Of a stretch of 64,000 nt of DNA, positions 1 through 9,507 are shown one piece after another (within the stretch, counting starts at the first letter, position 1; each line of letters starts with the position of its first letter). The stretch lies in contig CAXXVL010000002.1 in NCBI GenBank assembly GCA_963667845.2, forward strand, positions 2,176,001 through 2,240,000, in the 5' to 3' direction. A model generated the notes under the pieces. It searched no databases and was not told the origin of the DNA. It saw nothing but the letters and a program-made list of their open reading frames with translations. This DNA comes from Smithellaceae bacterium. Lineage in GTDB: Bacteria; Desulfobacterota; Syntrophia; Syntrophales; Smithellaceae. Both the position numbers and the translations under genes were made by a program.

Positions 1-104
1 CGGAATTCCCGAAATTCTATGGCCGCCTCGCCTGCATCATGAACAATGAAGGCGCAGCGCTGAAGGTAGAGTCGGACAACTTTACCGGAGCTCTTAAAGA
101 ATAG
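1..104 (+). CDS. 3' end of an upstream gene, possibly an acyl-CoA dehydrogenase C-terminus
   Basis: Open frame EFPKFYGRLACIMNNEGAALKVESDNFTGALKE* ends at TAG 102-104; product guessed from operon context only. Confidence 0.35.
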   Translation, partial: EFPKFYGRLACIMNNEGAALKVESDNFTGALKE

Positions 105-132
105 GTCCAAGGTTCAAGGTCCAAGGTTCAAG
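104..132. repeat. Heptamer tandem repeat (GGTYCAA)x4
   Basis: ggtccaa ggttcaa ggtccaa ggttcaa directly after the stop codon. Confidence 0.85.
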
Positions 133-146
133 TAGAATAATGATAA

Positions 147-184
147 GCATCAGCGATTGCTCCCTCGGGAGCAATCGCTGATGC
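147..184. other. Perfect 18-bp inverted repeat (hairpin)
   Basis: gcatcagcgattgctccc-tc-gggagcaatcgctgatgc, just upstream of the RBS of the next gene. Confidence 0.9.
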
Positions 185-203
185 GCTATTTACTGGAGGG
201 GAA

Positions 204-1709
204 ATGAGAACCAAGCAGGATTATATTAAGGGCCTGTCCAAAATGAAACGCAATATCTATTTCGATGGACAGTTGATCGACCGCACCGACGAACTGCAGA
301 TGGATTGTCTCAATACGATCGGGTTGACCTATGACGAGGCGGAAAAACCGGAAAATCAGGAGTTGATGACGGCGATTTCTCACCTGACCGGCGAGCGCAT
401 CAACCGGTTTACACATATTCACCAGAACACGGACGACTTGCATAAGAAGCAGGACATGACCAGAATGATGTGCCAGAAAGTCGGCGGCTGCGTTCAGCGC
501 TGCATGGGTATCGACGCATCGAATGCGATCTACAATGTTTCCTACGAAGCCGATAAAATGAATAACGGAGAAACTCAATATCATGAGAACTTCAAAAAGT
601 GGCTGACCCGTTTCCAGACCGAAGACCTGATCGGCTGCTGCGCCCAGACGGATGTGAAAGGGGACCGCTTGCTGCGGCCCTCACAGCAGCCCAATCCGGG
701 CGCTTATTTGAGGATTAAGGAAAGACTCAAAGACGGAATCGTGGTCGAAGGATGCAAGGTGCATATCTCGGAGGCCTCCGTGGCGGATGAGGTGCTGGTC
801 ACCCCGACGCGGGCGCTGCTCAAAGATGATAAGGATTGGGCGGTTTCCTTTGCCGTTCCCGGAGACTGGGAAGGTCTCAAGCAGGTCGTCACCATCCATA
901 ATCTCCGGCCGCGGGAACATTACAAACGCGGTGTGACCCAGGGGGCCACGGATTCCTATATGATCTTCGACAATTGTTTCGTTCCGTGGGAAAGGGTCTT
1001 TCTGGCGGGTGAAACGATGCTGGGCGGGGCCATGGCGCTGCTGTTCGCTCTGTTCCACAGGCATTCCTACTCGGGCTGCAAACCGGCGATCGGTGACCTC
1101 ATCCTGGGAACGGCCGCTCTGGCGGCCGAGGCGAACAACATCCACAAAGAATCCCATGTCCGGGAAAAACTGGCCGAGTTGATCATGACAACCGAACTGG
1201 GCTACGCGGCCGGCTACACGGCTTCCGATCTGGGCAAGCCGGAATTGTATGTTCCGGGATACGGGTTTGTTCCCTTTGGACCGGGCTCCTATATTCCCCA
1301 TTCCATCTACTGTAACGTCGGCCGCTGTATGTCCGGGGAAGCGGTCTGGCGGGAGGCGGAGATCGTTTGTGACATCGCCGGCGGAGTTCCCGCCACATTC
1401 CCGCACGAGAAGGATTTCTTAAATCCGGAAACGGGGGAACTTCTTCTGAAATACACCAAGCGAAGTCCCAACATGTCGGCCGAGGATCAGGCCCAGCTCT
1501 GGCGCCTCATCGGCGACAGTCTCTGTTCGGCCTCCGGCGGCATTGCCAAAATCGGCGGTTATCACGGCGGCGGCTCGCCGATCATGGAGCAGATCGCAAT
1601 CACGACGCAGTACGATATCGAATCGCGCAAGAAACTGGTCAAGTATATCGCCGGCATGAGCGGCGGGGACCGGGAAGCCTTAAGCAGAAAATCAACATCT
1701 AAAAAATAG
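204..1709 (+). CDS. 4-hydroxybutyryl-CoA dehydratase-like protein (AbfD/HpaB family)
   Basis: CVQRC and HRHSYSGCK match the 3Cys+His [4Fe-4S] ligand motifs of AbfD; QTDVKGDR and HGGGSP motifs; GGAGG RBS. Confidence 0.85.
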   Translation: MRTKQDYIKGLSKMKRNIYFDGQLIDRTDELQMDCLNTIGLTYDEAEKPENQELMTAISHLTGERINRFTHIHQNTDDLHKKQDMTRMMCQKVGGCVQRCMGIDASNAIYNVSYEADKMNNGETQYHENFKKWLTRFQTEDLIGCCAQTDVKGDRLLRPSQQPNPGAYLRIKERLKDGIVVEGCKVHISEASVADEVLVTPTRALLKDDKDWAVSFAVPGDWEGLKQVVTIHNLRPREHYKRGVTQGATDSYMIFDNCFVPWERVFLAGETMLGGAMALLFALFHRHSYSGCKPAIGDLILGTAALAAEANNIHKESHVREKLAELIMTTELGYAAGYTASDLGKPELYVPGYGFVPFGPGSYIPHSIYCNVGRCMSGEAVWREAEIVCDIAGGVPATFPHEKDFLNPETGELLLKYTKRSPNMSAEDQAQLWRLIGDSLCSASGGIAKIGGYHGGGSPIMEQIAITTQYDIESRKKLVKYIAGMSGGDREALSRKSTSKK

Positions 1710-1747
1710 ACCGGGTAAACTCAAATACTTCAAGGAGGTTCTAACCT

Positions 1748-3418
1748 ATGACAATGAAGCCCTGGCATAAATTTTACGATTACTATGTTCCTCAAACCAT
1801 CCGTTATCCCCAGTATCCTGCGCAGCGCATCTTTCAGTTGACCGCCGGGCAGGTTCCCAATAAAATTTGCACCAATTTTTACGGATCGGAGCTGACCTTC
1901 TGGCAGGTTCGCGAACAGGTCCTGCGTCTGGCCAACGCCTTGGCTGCCAAAGGGGTAAAGAAAGGCGACCGCATCGGCATCCAGCTGCCCAACATACCGC
2001 AATTCATTGTATCCTACCTGGCCGTTTTGCATCTGGGCGGCATCGTCGTAAACATCAATCCGCTGTATACGCCGACGGAACTCAAGTTCATCATCGAGAA
2101 CACTTCGATGGAGACGCTCATTACCTTTGACATGATTCTGCCCAATGTGCGTCCCGTCGTCAAGGAAACGGGACTCACGCGTGTCGTCGTCACAAAAGTC
2201 ACGGATTACATCAATGGTCTGGGTGTCAGCACGGCCAAGAGCCTTGATCTGGAGGAAGGCTGGCTGCATTTTTCCGAACTCATTGAGAACTGCAAGGATA
2301 CGAGGCCGCCGCGCGTTCTCATCGTGCCTGACGACCCGGCGATGATTCAGTTCACCGGCGGCACGACGGGGTTCCCGAAGGGAGCGCTTTTGACGCACGG
2401 AAACCTGGTGGCCGCCACTTTTCAGTGCGGCATGTGGGCTTCGCCCGGTGCGTATTCGGCCGCAGCCCCGCCCCAGCAGGAACGAAGCGCCTTGTGCGCC
2501 CTGCCTTTCTTCCATGTGTATGGTAATATCGCGGCGATGAACTGGGCGTTTTTCGGCTGCGCCACGCAGATTCTGGTGCCGCGGTTTGACATCGACGAGA
2601 TTCTGGATACCATCGTCAAGGCCGGCCATATCACGTATTTCCCGGCGGTTCCGACGATGATCACGGCCATTGTCAATCATCCCAAGGCTGCCAGCCTCGA
2701 CCTGGGCAAGTATATCGGCCTGCTCAACTCCGGCGGCGCGCCGATGCCGACGGAGCTCATCGAGCGCGTTATCGATCTGGGCATTACGTTTAACGAAGGA
2801 TACGGCTTGAGTGAAACAAGCTCAATCACGATTGCCAACCCGATTTCCGCAAGCAAGGTCGGCTCCATCGGCATCCCGATGGCGGACAATGATTTCCGGC
2901 TGGTGAATGTCGAAAACGGCGTTGATGATGTTAAACCGGGCGAAGCAGGCGAGCTCCTGGTCAAAGGTCCCACCGTGATGAAAGGCTACTGGAACAATCC
3001 GGAAGAGACGAAGAACCAGTTGACCGACGGCTGGCTCCACACGGGTGACATCGCGCAGCTGGACGAGGATGGTTATCTCTTCATCGTGGATCGCAAGAAG
3101 GACATGATCATCGCGAGCGGCTTCAATATTTATCCGCGGGAGATTGAAGAGGTCCTTTATGAACACCCCAAGGTTTCCGAAGCAGTGGCCATCGGCATTC
3201 CGCATGACTACCGCGGGGAGACGGTGAAGATCTTCGTCGTCCTGCAGCCCGGCGCAAAAGCCACGGAGCAGGAGATCATCGATTTCTGCAAGGAAAAGAT
3301 GACCGCTTACAAGGTGCCCAAGGTGGTGGAATTCCGTGACGCCGTGCCCAAGTCGGCTGTCGGCAAGATTTTGCGCAAGGTGCTGAGGGATGAAGAAGTG
3401 GCGAAGCTGAAAAAATAA
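1748..3418 (+). CDS. Long-chain fatty acid-CoA ligase (AMP-binding)
   Basis: FTGGTTGFPKG, EGYGLSE, WLHTGD, PKSAVGKILR motifs. Confidence 0.92.
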   Translation: MTMKPWHKFYDYYVPQTIRYPQYPAQRIFQLTAGQVPNKICTNFYGSELTFWQVREQVLRLANALAAKGVKKGDRIGIQLPNIPQFIVSYLAVLHLGGIVVNINPLYTPTELKFIIENTSMETLITFDMILPNVRPVVKETGLTRVVVTKVTDYINGLGVSTAKSLDLEEGWLHFSELIENCKDTRPPRVLIVPDDPAMIQFTGGTTGFPKGALLTHGNLVAATFQCGMWASPGAYSAAAPPQQERSALCALPFFHVYGNIAAMNWAFFGCATQILVPRFDIDEILDTIVKAGHITYFPAVPTMITAIVNHPKAASLDLGKYIGLLNSGGAPMPTELIERVIDLGITFNEGYGLSETSSITIANPISASKVGSIGIPMADNDFRLVNVENGVDDVKPGEAGELLVKGPTVMKGYWNNPEETKNQLTDGWLHTGDIAQLDEDGYLFIVDRKKDMIIASGFNIYPREIEEVLYEHPKVSEAVAIGIPHDYRGETVKIFVVLQPGAKATEQEIIDFCKEKMTAYKVPKVVEFRDAVPKSAVGKILRKVLRDEEVAKLKK

Positions 3419-3503
3419 ACACCATGCGGGTGCCGTCTTCACGCCCGGTGGGGGCGTTGACGACGGCACCCCATTTTAAATTCCGTTCGGGAAGGAGAAA
3501 AAA

Positions 3504-4655
3504 ATGAAAGCTGAAGACGTAAAGAAGATTACCATGGTCGGCGCGGGGGATATGGGGCATGGGATTGCGGCCTCTTTTTTACAGGGCGGCTATACCGTCG
3601 TTCTGAGGGACATCGAACAGCGGTTTGTGGACAAGGGCATGGCCGGCATCAAGGCCAGCTTTGACAAATTCAAGGAGAAGGGCAAGATAACACCGGAGGC
3701 CTATGATGACGCCTTTAAGCGGCTGATCCCGATGGTTGATCTGCAGACGGCGGTGAAGGATGCGGATTTTATCATCGAAGCGGTTCCCGAGAAACTGGAA
3801 CTCAAGAAAAGCGTTTTTGCCGACCTGGACAAGTTTGCGCCCAAGCACGCCATTCTGGCGTCGAACACCTCCAATATCAGCATCTCGGAAATTGCGACTG
3901 CAACGGCCAGACCCGACAAGGTCATCGGCTATCATTTTTTCAATCCGGCACTGCTCATGAAACTCGTGGAAGTAATCAAGGGCAATAAGACCTCGGACGA
4001 ATCGATTCAGATCGGTTATGACCTGGCCAAGAAGATCAAGAAGGTCCCGGTCATTGTGAAGAAGGACTCTCCCGGATTCATTTACAACCGGGTCAACGAA
4101 CCGACGCTGGTTCTGCTTTCGAAAGTCGTTGAAGCCGGGCATCCCACGCCGGAGGAATTTGACGCGGCCCTGAAACCCATCATGCCCATGGCCCCGTTTG
4201 AACTCCTCGACTACGTCGGCATCGATATCGCTCTGCACGGGCTGGAATACTTTGCGCAGGTGCTTTCCAAGGACTACAAGCCCTCCGACGCCATTATGGC
4301 CTATCTGAAATCGGGCAACCTCGGCAAGAAAACCGGCAAAGGGTTCTATGACTGGTCGAAGGGCCGGCCGACGATCGATCTTAGCAAAGCCACCAAGGAA
4401 TTTGATCTGAATCATCTGGTTGCGCTGCAGGTCAATGAGGCAACCAAGATTTTGGAAGAAGGCGTTGCCGATGATCCCAAAGAGGTCGATCTGGCGATGG
4501 CCAACGGCGGTGGATCACCGTTCGGCCCCTTCGCGCTGGCTCAGGGCATCGGCTATCCTGTGCTGCTTGCGAAACTCGAAGAAGTGTACAAAAAGTTCCC
4601 TCTGGATATTTTCAAGCCGACCAAGACCATGAAGGAAGGCAAGATTAAAGTCTGA
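3504..4655 (+). CDS. 3-hydroxyacyl-CoA dehydrogenase with a duplicated C-terminal domain
   Basis: GAGDMGHG, EAVPE, ASNTS, HFFNP, GKKTGKGFY. Confidence 0.92.
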   Translation: MKAEDVKKITMVGAGDMGHGIAASFLQGGYTVVLRDIEQRFVDKGMAGIKASFDKFKEKGKITPEAYDDAFKRLIPMVDLQTAVKDADFIIEAVPEKLELKKSVFADLDKFAPKHAILASNTSNISISEIATATARPDKVIGYHFFNPALLMKLVEVIKGNKTSDESIQIGYDLAKKIKKVPVIVKKDSPGFIYNRVNEPTLVLLSKVVEAGHPTPEEFDAALKPIMPMAPFELLDYVGIDIALHGLEYFAQVLSKDYKPSDAIMAYLKSGNLGKKTGKGFYDWSKGRPTIDLSKATKEFDLNHLVALQVNEATKILEEGVADDPKEVDLAMANGGGSPFGPFALAQGIGYPVLLAKLEEVYKKFPLDIFKPTKTMKEGKIKV

Positions 4656-4736
4656 TTCCATCCATTGCCGGAATCTGCGGGAGAATTTCAGGAAATATTT
4701 AGAACAGCACATCAATGACTTTAGGAGACAGTTTCA

Positions 4737-5915
4737 ATGAAAGAATGCGTGGTAATCGACGGTGTGAGAAGTGTTAATGCGCGGGCTCATAAGGATAAGG
4801 GCTGGTTCAGGAATGTCCGGCCGGAAGAATTGCTGATCAAGGTCTATCAGGCTCTTTTTGAGCGGAACCCCAAAGTGAAACCTGAAGAAGTCGAAGCGGT
4901 TTTCTGTGGAACGGCCAATCAGGCGGGTATGCAGAACGACATCGCAAGGCTGGCGTGGTTGTCCGGCGGTTTTCCGGAAGTCGTGGCGTCCAATGGTATC
5001 AACCAGCAGTGCCCGTCGGGCATGGCGGCAACGGAACATGCAGCGCGGGCCATCATGTGCGGTGAGGGTGACATCTATATTGCCTCGGGCGTTGAGGATA
5101 TGGAGAAAGTTCCCATGATGTTTGCAATGGATATTTCTCCGAAACTCCTGGACCGCTACAATATGGGAGACCTTCCGATGGGGAACACGGCCGAAAAGGT
5201 GGCCGAACTATGGAAAGTAAGCCGGAAAGATGCGGAACTGATGGCCTACTGGAGCAACAAGAAGGCGGCAGCGGCCCGGGATGCCGGTAAATTTGCCGGG
5301 GAGATTGTTCCCATTGAAGGCCAGAAGGAAGACGGTACAAAATTCATGGTCACGACGGATCAGTGGATTCGCGATGATGTATCTCTGGAACAGATGGCCA
5401 CCATGAAGACGCCTTTTAAGGAAAACGGCGTGGTCACGGCCGGCGTTTCTTCTCCACTCACGGCCGGTGCGGCGGCGCTCCTTCTCATGAACAGGGAGAA
5501 GGCTGATGAACTGGGTCTTGACTATCATATCAAGTATGCCGGCGGCGCCATGGCGGGATGTGATCCTACGGTCATGGGTGTCGGCCCCATTTATGCAGCC
5601 AGAAAGCTTTTGCAACGGGCCGGGCTGTCCGTAAAAGATATCGGCGTTTGGGAACTCAACGAGGCCTTTGGAAGCCAGGGGCTGGCCTGTCTTCGTGAGC
5701 TGGGAATTGCCCAGAACGCACCTTTCGACAACGTCAACGTCTGGGGCGGCGCCCTGGCGCTGGGCCATCCCTTGGGAGAATCTGGCTGCCGGATCATTGT
5801 GACGCTCAACAACATTATGAAGACGGACTTCAAGGACGCCAAATACGGCATCGCCATGCTCTGCGGCGGTTTCGGAAACGGCAACGCCTCTTTGTGGCAG
5901 AAAGTTGATAAATAG
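4737..5915 (+). CDS. Thiolase (acetyl-CoA C-acyltransferase)
   Basis: NQQCPSG, ELNEAF, GHPLG, MLCGGFG motifs. Confidence 0.93.
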   Translation: MKECVVIDGVRSVNARAHKDKGWFRNVRPEELLIKVYQALFERNPKVKPEEVEAVFCGTANQAGMQNDIARLAWLSGGFPEVVASNGINQQCPSGMAATEHAARAIMCGEGDIYIASGVEDMEKVPMMFAMDISPKLLDRYNMGDLPMGNTAEKVAELWKVSRKDAELMAYWSNKKAAAARDAGKFAGEIVPIEGQKEDGTKFMVTTDQWIRDDVSLEQMATMKTPFKENGVVTAGVSSPLTAGAAALLLMNREKADELGLDYHIKYAGGAMAGCDPTVMGVGPIYAARKLLQRAGLSVKDIGVWELNEAFGSQGLACLRELGIAQNAPFDNVNVWGGALALGHPLGESGCRIIVTLNNIMKTDFKDAKYGIAMLCGGFGNGNASLWQKVDK

Positions 5916-5932
5916 AGTTTTTTCTGATGTCT

Positions 5933-5967
5933 TGGTCGGGGAGATTGCAGGTTGATCTCCCCGACCA
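5933..5967 (+). terminator. Hairpin after the thiolase gene, possible terminator
   Basis: 13-bp stem tggtcggggagat/atctccccgacca; no clear U tract. Confidence 0.5.
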
Positions 5968-6418
5968 GCATTCGGAGAGACGTCGAACTGGCGGGCAGAG
6001 CACAGGAAATCCGATTTTCAGATCACGTGATGCCGGCCATGATCGAAACAATCGACTCAAGACCGGTATTGAAAAATTTGACAGGAAACCCCTTTTTTTG
6101 ATCACCGACTCCAAAGGCGGTGTTTCAGTATTAGCTTTACAATATCGTCATTTCGCCGCGTGCCCTTTAGGGTAAGCGCAGCGAGAAATCTTAGCAAAGG
6201 TAGAGCGATGAAAGATATCTCCCCGGCACGTGTGACATCGCGTGACCTTCAGGTGATCAGGTTATTCGCCGGGCTGTCGCCTTCGATCGATATGACAAGC
6301 GTTACTGGAAAGACTACAGTACATTGCGGAAAGCAATGAGGGCACCACAAAGGCAGTTCGTGAAATGGAAATCTAAGCGGGAGGAGATTTTTCATATCAG
6401 GAACATTAGGGAGGATGG

Positions 6419-7219
6419 ATGGAAAAACGACTGGAAGGTAAAGTGGCGATTGTGACCGGCGCGGGGCAGACACCGGGACAAACTGTCGGCAACGGCCGGG
6501 CGATTGCAATCCTCTTTGCCCGGGCGGGAGCGAAGGTGTTGCTCATCGACCGCAATCTGCAATCCGCTCAGGAAACACGGGACATCATCGCAAAGGAAGG
6601 CGGCGAATCATTTGCTATGGCGGTGGATGTGACGTCATCAGAAGATTGTCGCCGGATGGCCGAGGAATGCATAAAACGCTGGGACCGGATTGATATTCTG
6701 GTTAACAATGTCGGTACGGGCGGAGAGGCGCTGGGTCCGATCAATCTCAAAGAAGAAGACTGGGACAGGATTTACAACGTCAACGTCAGAAGCGTCTTTT
6801 TAACGTGCAAGCATGTCATGCCGTTCATGGAACGGCAGGGAGCGGGCTCGATTGTGAATATATCGTCGATTGCCTCGGTTTGTGCGACTCCGATGCTGGC
6901 TTACAAGTCGTCAAAGTCCGCGCTAAATTCTGTGACGCATTCCATCGCCTTCAATTACGCAGCGAAAGGGATTCGAGCCAATGTGATCATGCCCGGGTTT
7001 ATCGACACGCCGATGGCCATCGAAGGAAATTTGAAATACCGCAACATCAGCCGGGAAGATCTTTATAAAGAACGGGAGAGCCGGATTCCATTGAAAGGCG
7101 GCATGGGTACAGGCTGGGACACAGCGTACGCCGCACTCTTCTTCGCTTCCGATGAGTCCAAATTCATCACCGGTGCGGTCCTGCCGGTCGATGGTGGACA
7201 ATCGAGTAGAATAGGATGA
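6419..7219 (+). CDS. Short-chain dehydrogenase/reductase
   Basis: TGAG..GNG, NNVG, YKSSK, VDGG. Confidence 0.92.
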   Translation: MEKRLEGKVAIVTGAGQTPGQTVGNGRAIAILFARAGAKVLLIDRNLQSAQETRDIIAKEGGESFAMAVDVTSSEDCRRMAEECIKRWDRIDILVNNVGTGGEALGPINLKEEDWDRIYNVNVRSVFLTCKHVMPFMERQGAGSIVNISSIASVCATPMLAYKSSKSALNSVTHSIAFNYAAKGIRANVIMPGFIDTPMAIEGNLKYRNISREDLYKERESRIPLKGGMGTGWDTAYAALFFASDESKFITGAVLPVDGGQSSRIG

Positions 7220-7226
7220 AATAAGA

Positions 7227-7288
7227 AAGGTACAAGGTACAAGAACTCATTGTCCACCTTTGACCTTGAACCTTGATCCTTGAACCTC
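7227..7288. repeat. Heptamer repeats arranged as inverted arms
   Basis: aaggtacaaggtacaag ... ctttgaccttgaaccttgatccttgaacct. Confidence 0.7.
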
Positions 7289-7302
7289 CTAAAGGAGTCT
7301 CC

Positions 7303-7830
7303 ATGGCACGTCTAACGTATCCTTCTGAAGCATCCGCTTCTGCGGAATTTCAAAATACCTACAAACGGATTCGGGAAAGAGGCGGCAAGGTTCTCAACCT
7401 CTTTAAAATCATGTCGTATTCTCCCGAAGTCGGCAGGCAGTTCCTGCAACTTGGGAATGTCATTTTGTTCAAAGGAATTGTGCCCAAGGCGCTTCGCGAA
7501 CTGGCAATTCTACGCGTGGGAAACCTGTATTCGGCAAACTACGAATGGACGCAGCATGTGCCCATTGCGCTCAGGGTGGGTGTCCGTCAATCCCAGATTG
7601 ACGCGCTGCCCGGCTGGCTGAACTCGCCGGAGTTTAACGATCAGGAAAAAGCAGTGCTTCATTATACGGATGAAGTAACGCTGAATACGCGGGCTGGAGA
7701 TGATGCATTTAACGCTGTACGGTCGTTCTTAAATGAAGAGGCGATCGTGGAACTGACCACGACCATCAGTTATTATGGAATGGTCTGCCGGATACTGGAA
7801 ACATTGCAGGTGGAACTGGAACAGGAGTAA
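7303..7830 (+). CDS. Carboxymuconolactone decarboxylase/AhpD-like family protein
   Basis: LRELAILRV..YEWTQH motif; start set to the ATG after the AAGGAG RBS. Confidence 0.8.
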   Translation: MARLTYPSEASASAEFQNTYKRIRERGGKVLNLFKIMSYSPEVGRQFLQLGNVILFKGIVPKALRELAILRVGNLYSANYEWTQHVPIALRVGVRQSQIDALPGWLNSPEFNDQEKAVLHYTDEVTLNTRAGDDAFNAVRSFLNEEAIVELTTTISYYGMVCRILETLQVELEQE

Positions 7831-7834
7831 GAAG

Positions 7835-8599
7835 ATGGATTTAGATTTGAAGGGAAAGGTCGCCCTCATTACCGGCGGCTCGAAGGGAATCGGCCTGGCC
7901 TGTGCACAGATGCTGGCGGCGGAGGGCTGCCCTCTGTATCTCGCGGCACGCAGCGAATCGGACTTGCTTGACGCCAAAAAAGATCTGGAATCGCGCTTCG
8001 CCGTACCGGTGGAAATTCATTCCGTCGATCTGAGTGCGGGGGATGAAGCGCGTCGTCTGGCTGCGGATTTGACCGATATTGATATCCTGGTCAACAACGC
8101 CGGCGCGATCCCGCGCGGTGACCTCTGGCAGATCAATGAGCCGCGCTGGCGCGAGGCCTGGGACCTTAAAGTGTTCGGCTACATCAATTTGTGCCGTGCC
8201 GTCTATCCGCAGATGAAGGCGCGCGGCAAAGGCGTTATCATCAACGTCATCGGCGCGGCGGGAGAAAGGCCGCGCCTGGACTACATCACCGGCGGAACAG
8301 CCAATGCAGCGCTCATGGCCTTCACCCGGGCGCTGGGCGCGAAGAGCCTGAAAGACGGCATCCGCGTCGTGGCAGTAAACCCCGGGCTGATTCAAACGCA
8401 AAGGCTGGAAACTCTGCTGGCAGGGCTTGCGCAGTCAAAATTCAACGACCCGACACGCTGGAAAGAGCTGATGCCCGCCGATCCGCGGCCGGGCATGCCC
8501 GAAGATATCGCGAACGTCGTCGCGTTTCTCGCATCGGATCGTGCGCAGTATATCACCGGCACCGTCGTCACTGCGGACGGCGGAATTACCGGCAATTGA
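7835..8599 (+). CDS. Atypical SDR oxidoreductase
   Basis: TGGSKGIG, NNAG, no canonical YxxxK; start at MDLDLK. Confidence 0.85.
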   Translation: MDLDLKGKVALITGGSKGIGLACAQMLAAEGCPLYLAARSESDLLDAKKDLESRFAVPVEIHSVDLSAGDEARRLAADLTDIDILVNNAGAIPRGDLWQINEPRWREAWDLKVFGYINLCRAVYPQMKARGKGVIINVIGAAGERPRLDYITGGTANAALMAFTRALGAKSLKDGIRVVAVNPGLIQTQRLETLLAGLAQSKFNDPTRWKELMPADPRPGMPEDIANVVAFLASDRAQYITGTVVTADGGITGN

Positions 8600-8696
8600 A
8601 AAGATGGATCAGAGATCGGGAAACTTGATGAGTCGTTGAGCGTCTTACCTGAGCCATAATTAAATCATTGCATAAAATGGCCTGTTGGACATTGCA

Positions 8697-8732
8697 GAGA
8701 TTGCGGCGCTTCCTGAGAAAGCTCGCAATGAC
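8697..8732. repeat. Partial REP-like element (..CTCGCAATGAC type)
   Basis: gagattgcggcgcttcctgagaaagctcgcaatgac resembles the right half of GTCATTGCGAG-type REPs. Confidence 0.45.
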
Positions 8733-8768
8733 AGAATTGCCGGAATAACGGTTTAGGACAAAGAAGCC

Positions 8769-9386
8769 ATGTGCGGGCGTTTTGTGTTGATTACGGATTT
8801 GTCGGTTATCGGACGGGATTTCATCGTGCCCAATGTCCTGGTCAGTTTTTCCGCAAGCCGCGACGTCAGCCCCGGCCAGCGGATTCCCGCCGTTGTCCGG
8901 CGGGGCGGGCACAATGAGCTCGTACTTTTCCAGTGGGGTCTCATCCCCGCCTGGTGCCGAGACCCGTCCATCGGCGCAAAGCTGTTCAATGCGCGGGCCG
9001 AAACGATTGCCGAAAAGCCCAGTTTCAAAAATGCATTTTTCAACAGAAGATGTCTGATTCCCGCCGACGGCTTCTTTGAGTGGAAAAAAGAAGGCGGCAA
9101 AAAAATTCCCTATTACTTCTTTCTCAAGTCCGGAAAACCGATGGGCTTTGCCGGGCTTTTCGAAACATGGATTGCCCCGGATAAAAAAGCCATTCAGACG
9201 TGTACCATCATCACGACTCAGCCCAATGCAATCGTCGAACCCATCCACGACCGCATGCCGGTCATTGTCCCCGAGGTTGCCCGGGAGCTCTGGCTCAATC
9301 CGGCCGTTAAAGACCCGGCAAGGCTCTGCAATCTTCTACAGCCCTATCCGGCAGAAGAAATGGCTTGCCGGCCGGCCGATTCATAG
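8769..9386 (+). CDS. SOS response-associated peptidase (SRAP/YedK/HMCES family)
   Basis: N-terminal MCGRF, NARAET, GFFEW, HDRMP. Confidence 0.95.
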   Translation: MCGRFVLITDLSVIGRDFIVPNVLVSFSASRDVSPGQRIPAVVRRGGHNELVLFQWGLIPAWCRDPSIGAKLFNARAETIAEKPSFKNAFFNRRCLIPADGFFEWKKEGGKKIPYYFFLKSGKPMGFAGLFETWIAPDKKAIQTCTIITTQPNAIVEPIHDRMPVIVPEVARELWLNPAVKDPARLCNLLQPYPAEEMACRPADS

Positions 9387-9507
9387 CCGGACCTTCATGT
9401 TTCCAAAAGCACACGGGTCTGGCCGGCATCCGAATTCATTTGACAGACAGGACTGTTCTGCTTATGTTTTCATCGTGATAGAATAAGTTCATTAAGGCGT
9501 CAGGACC

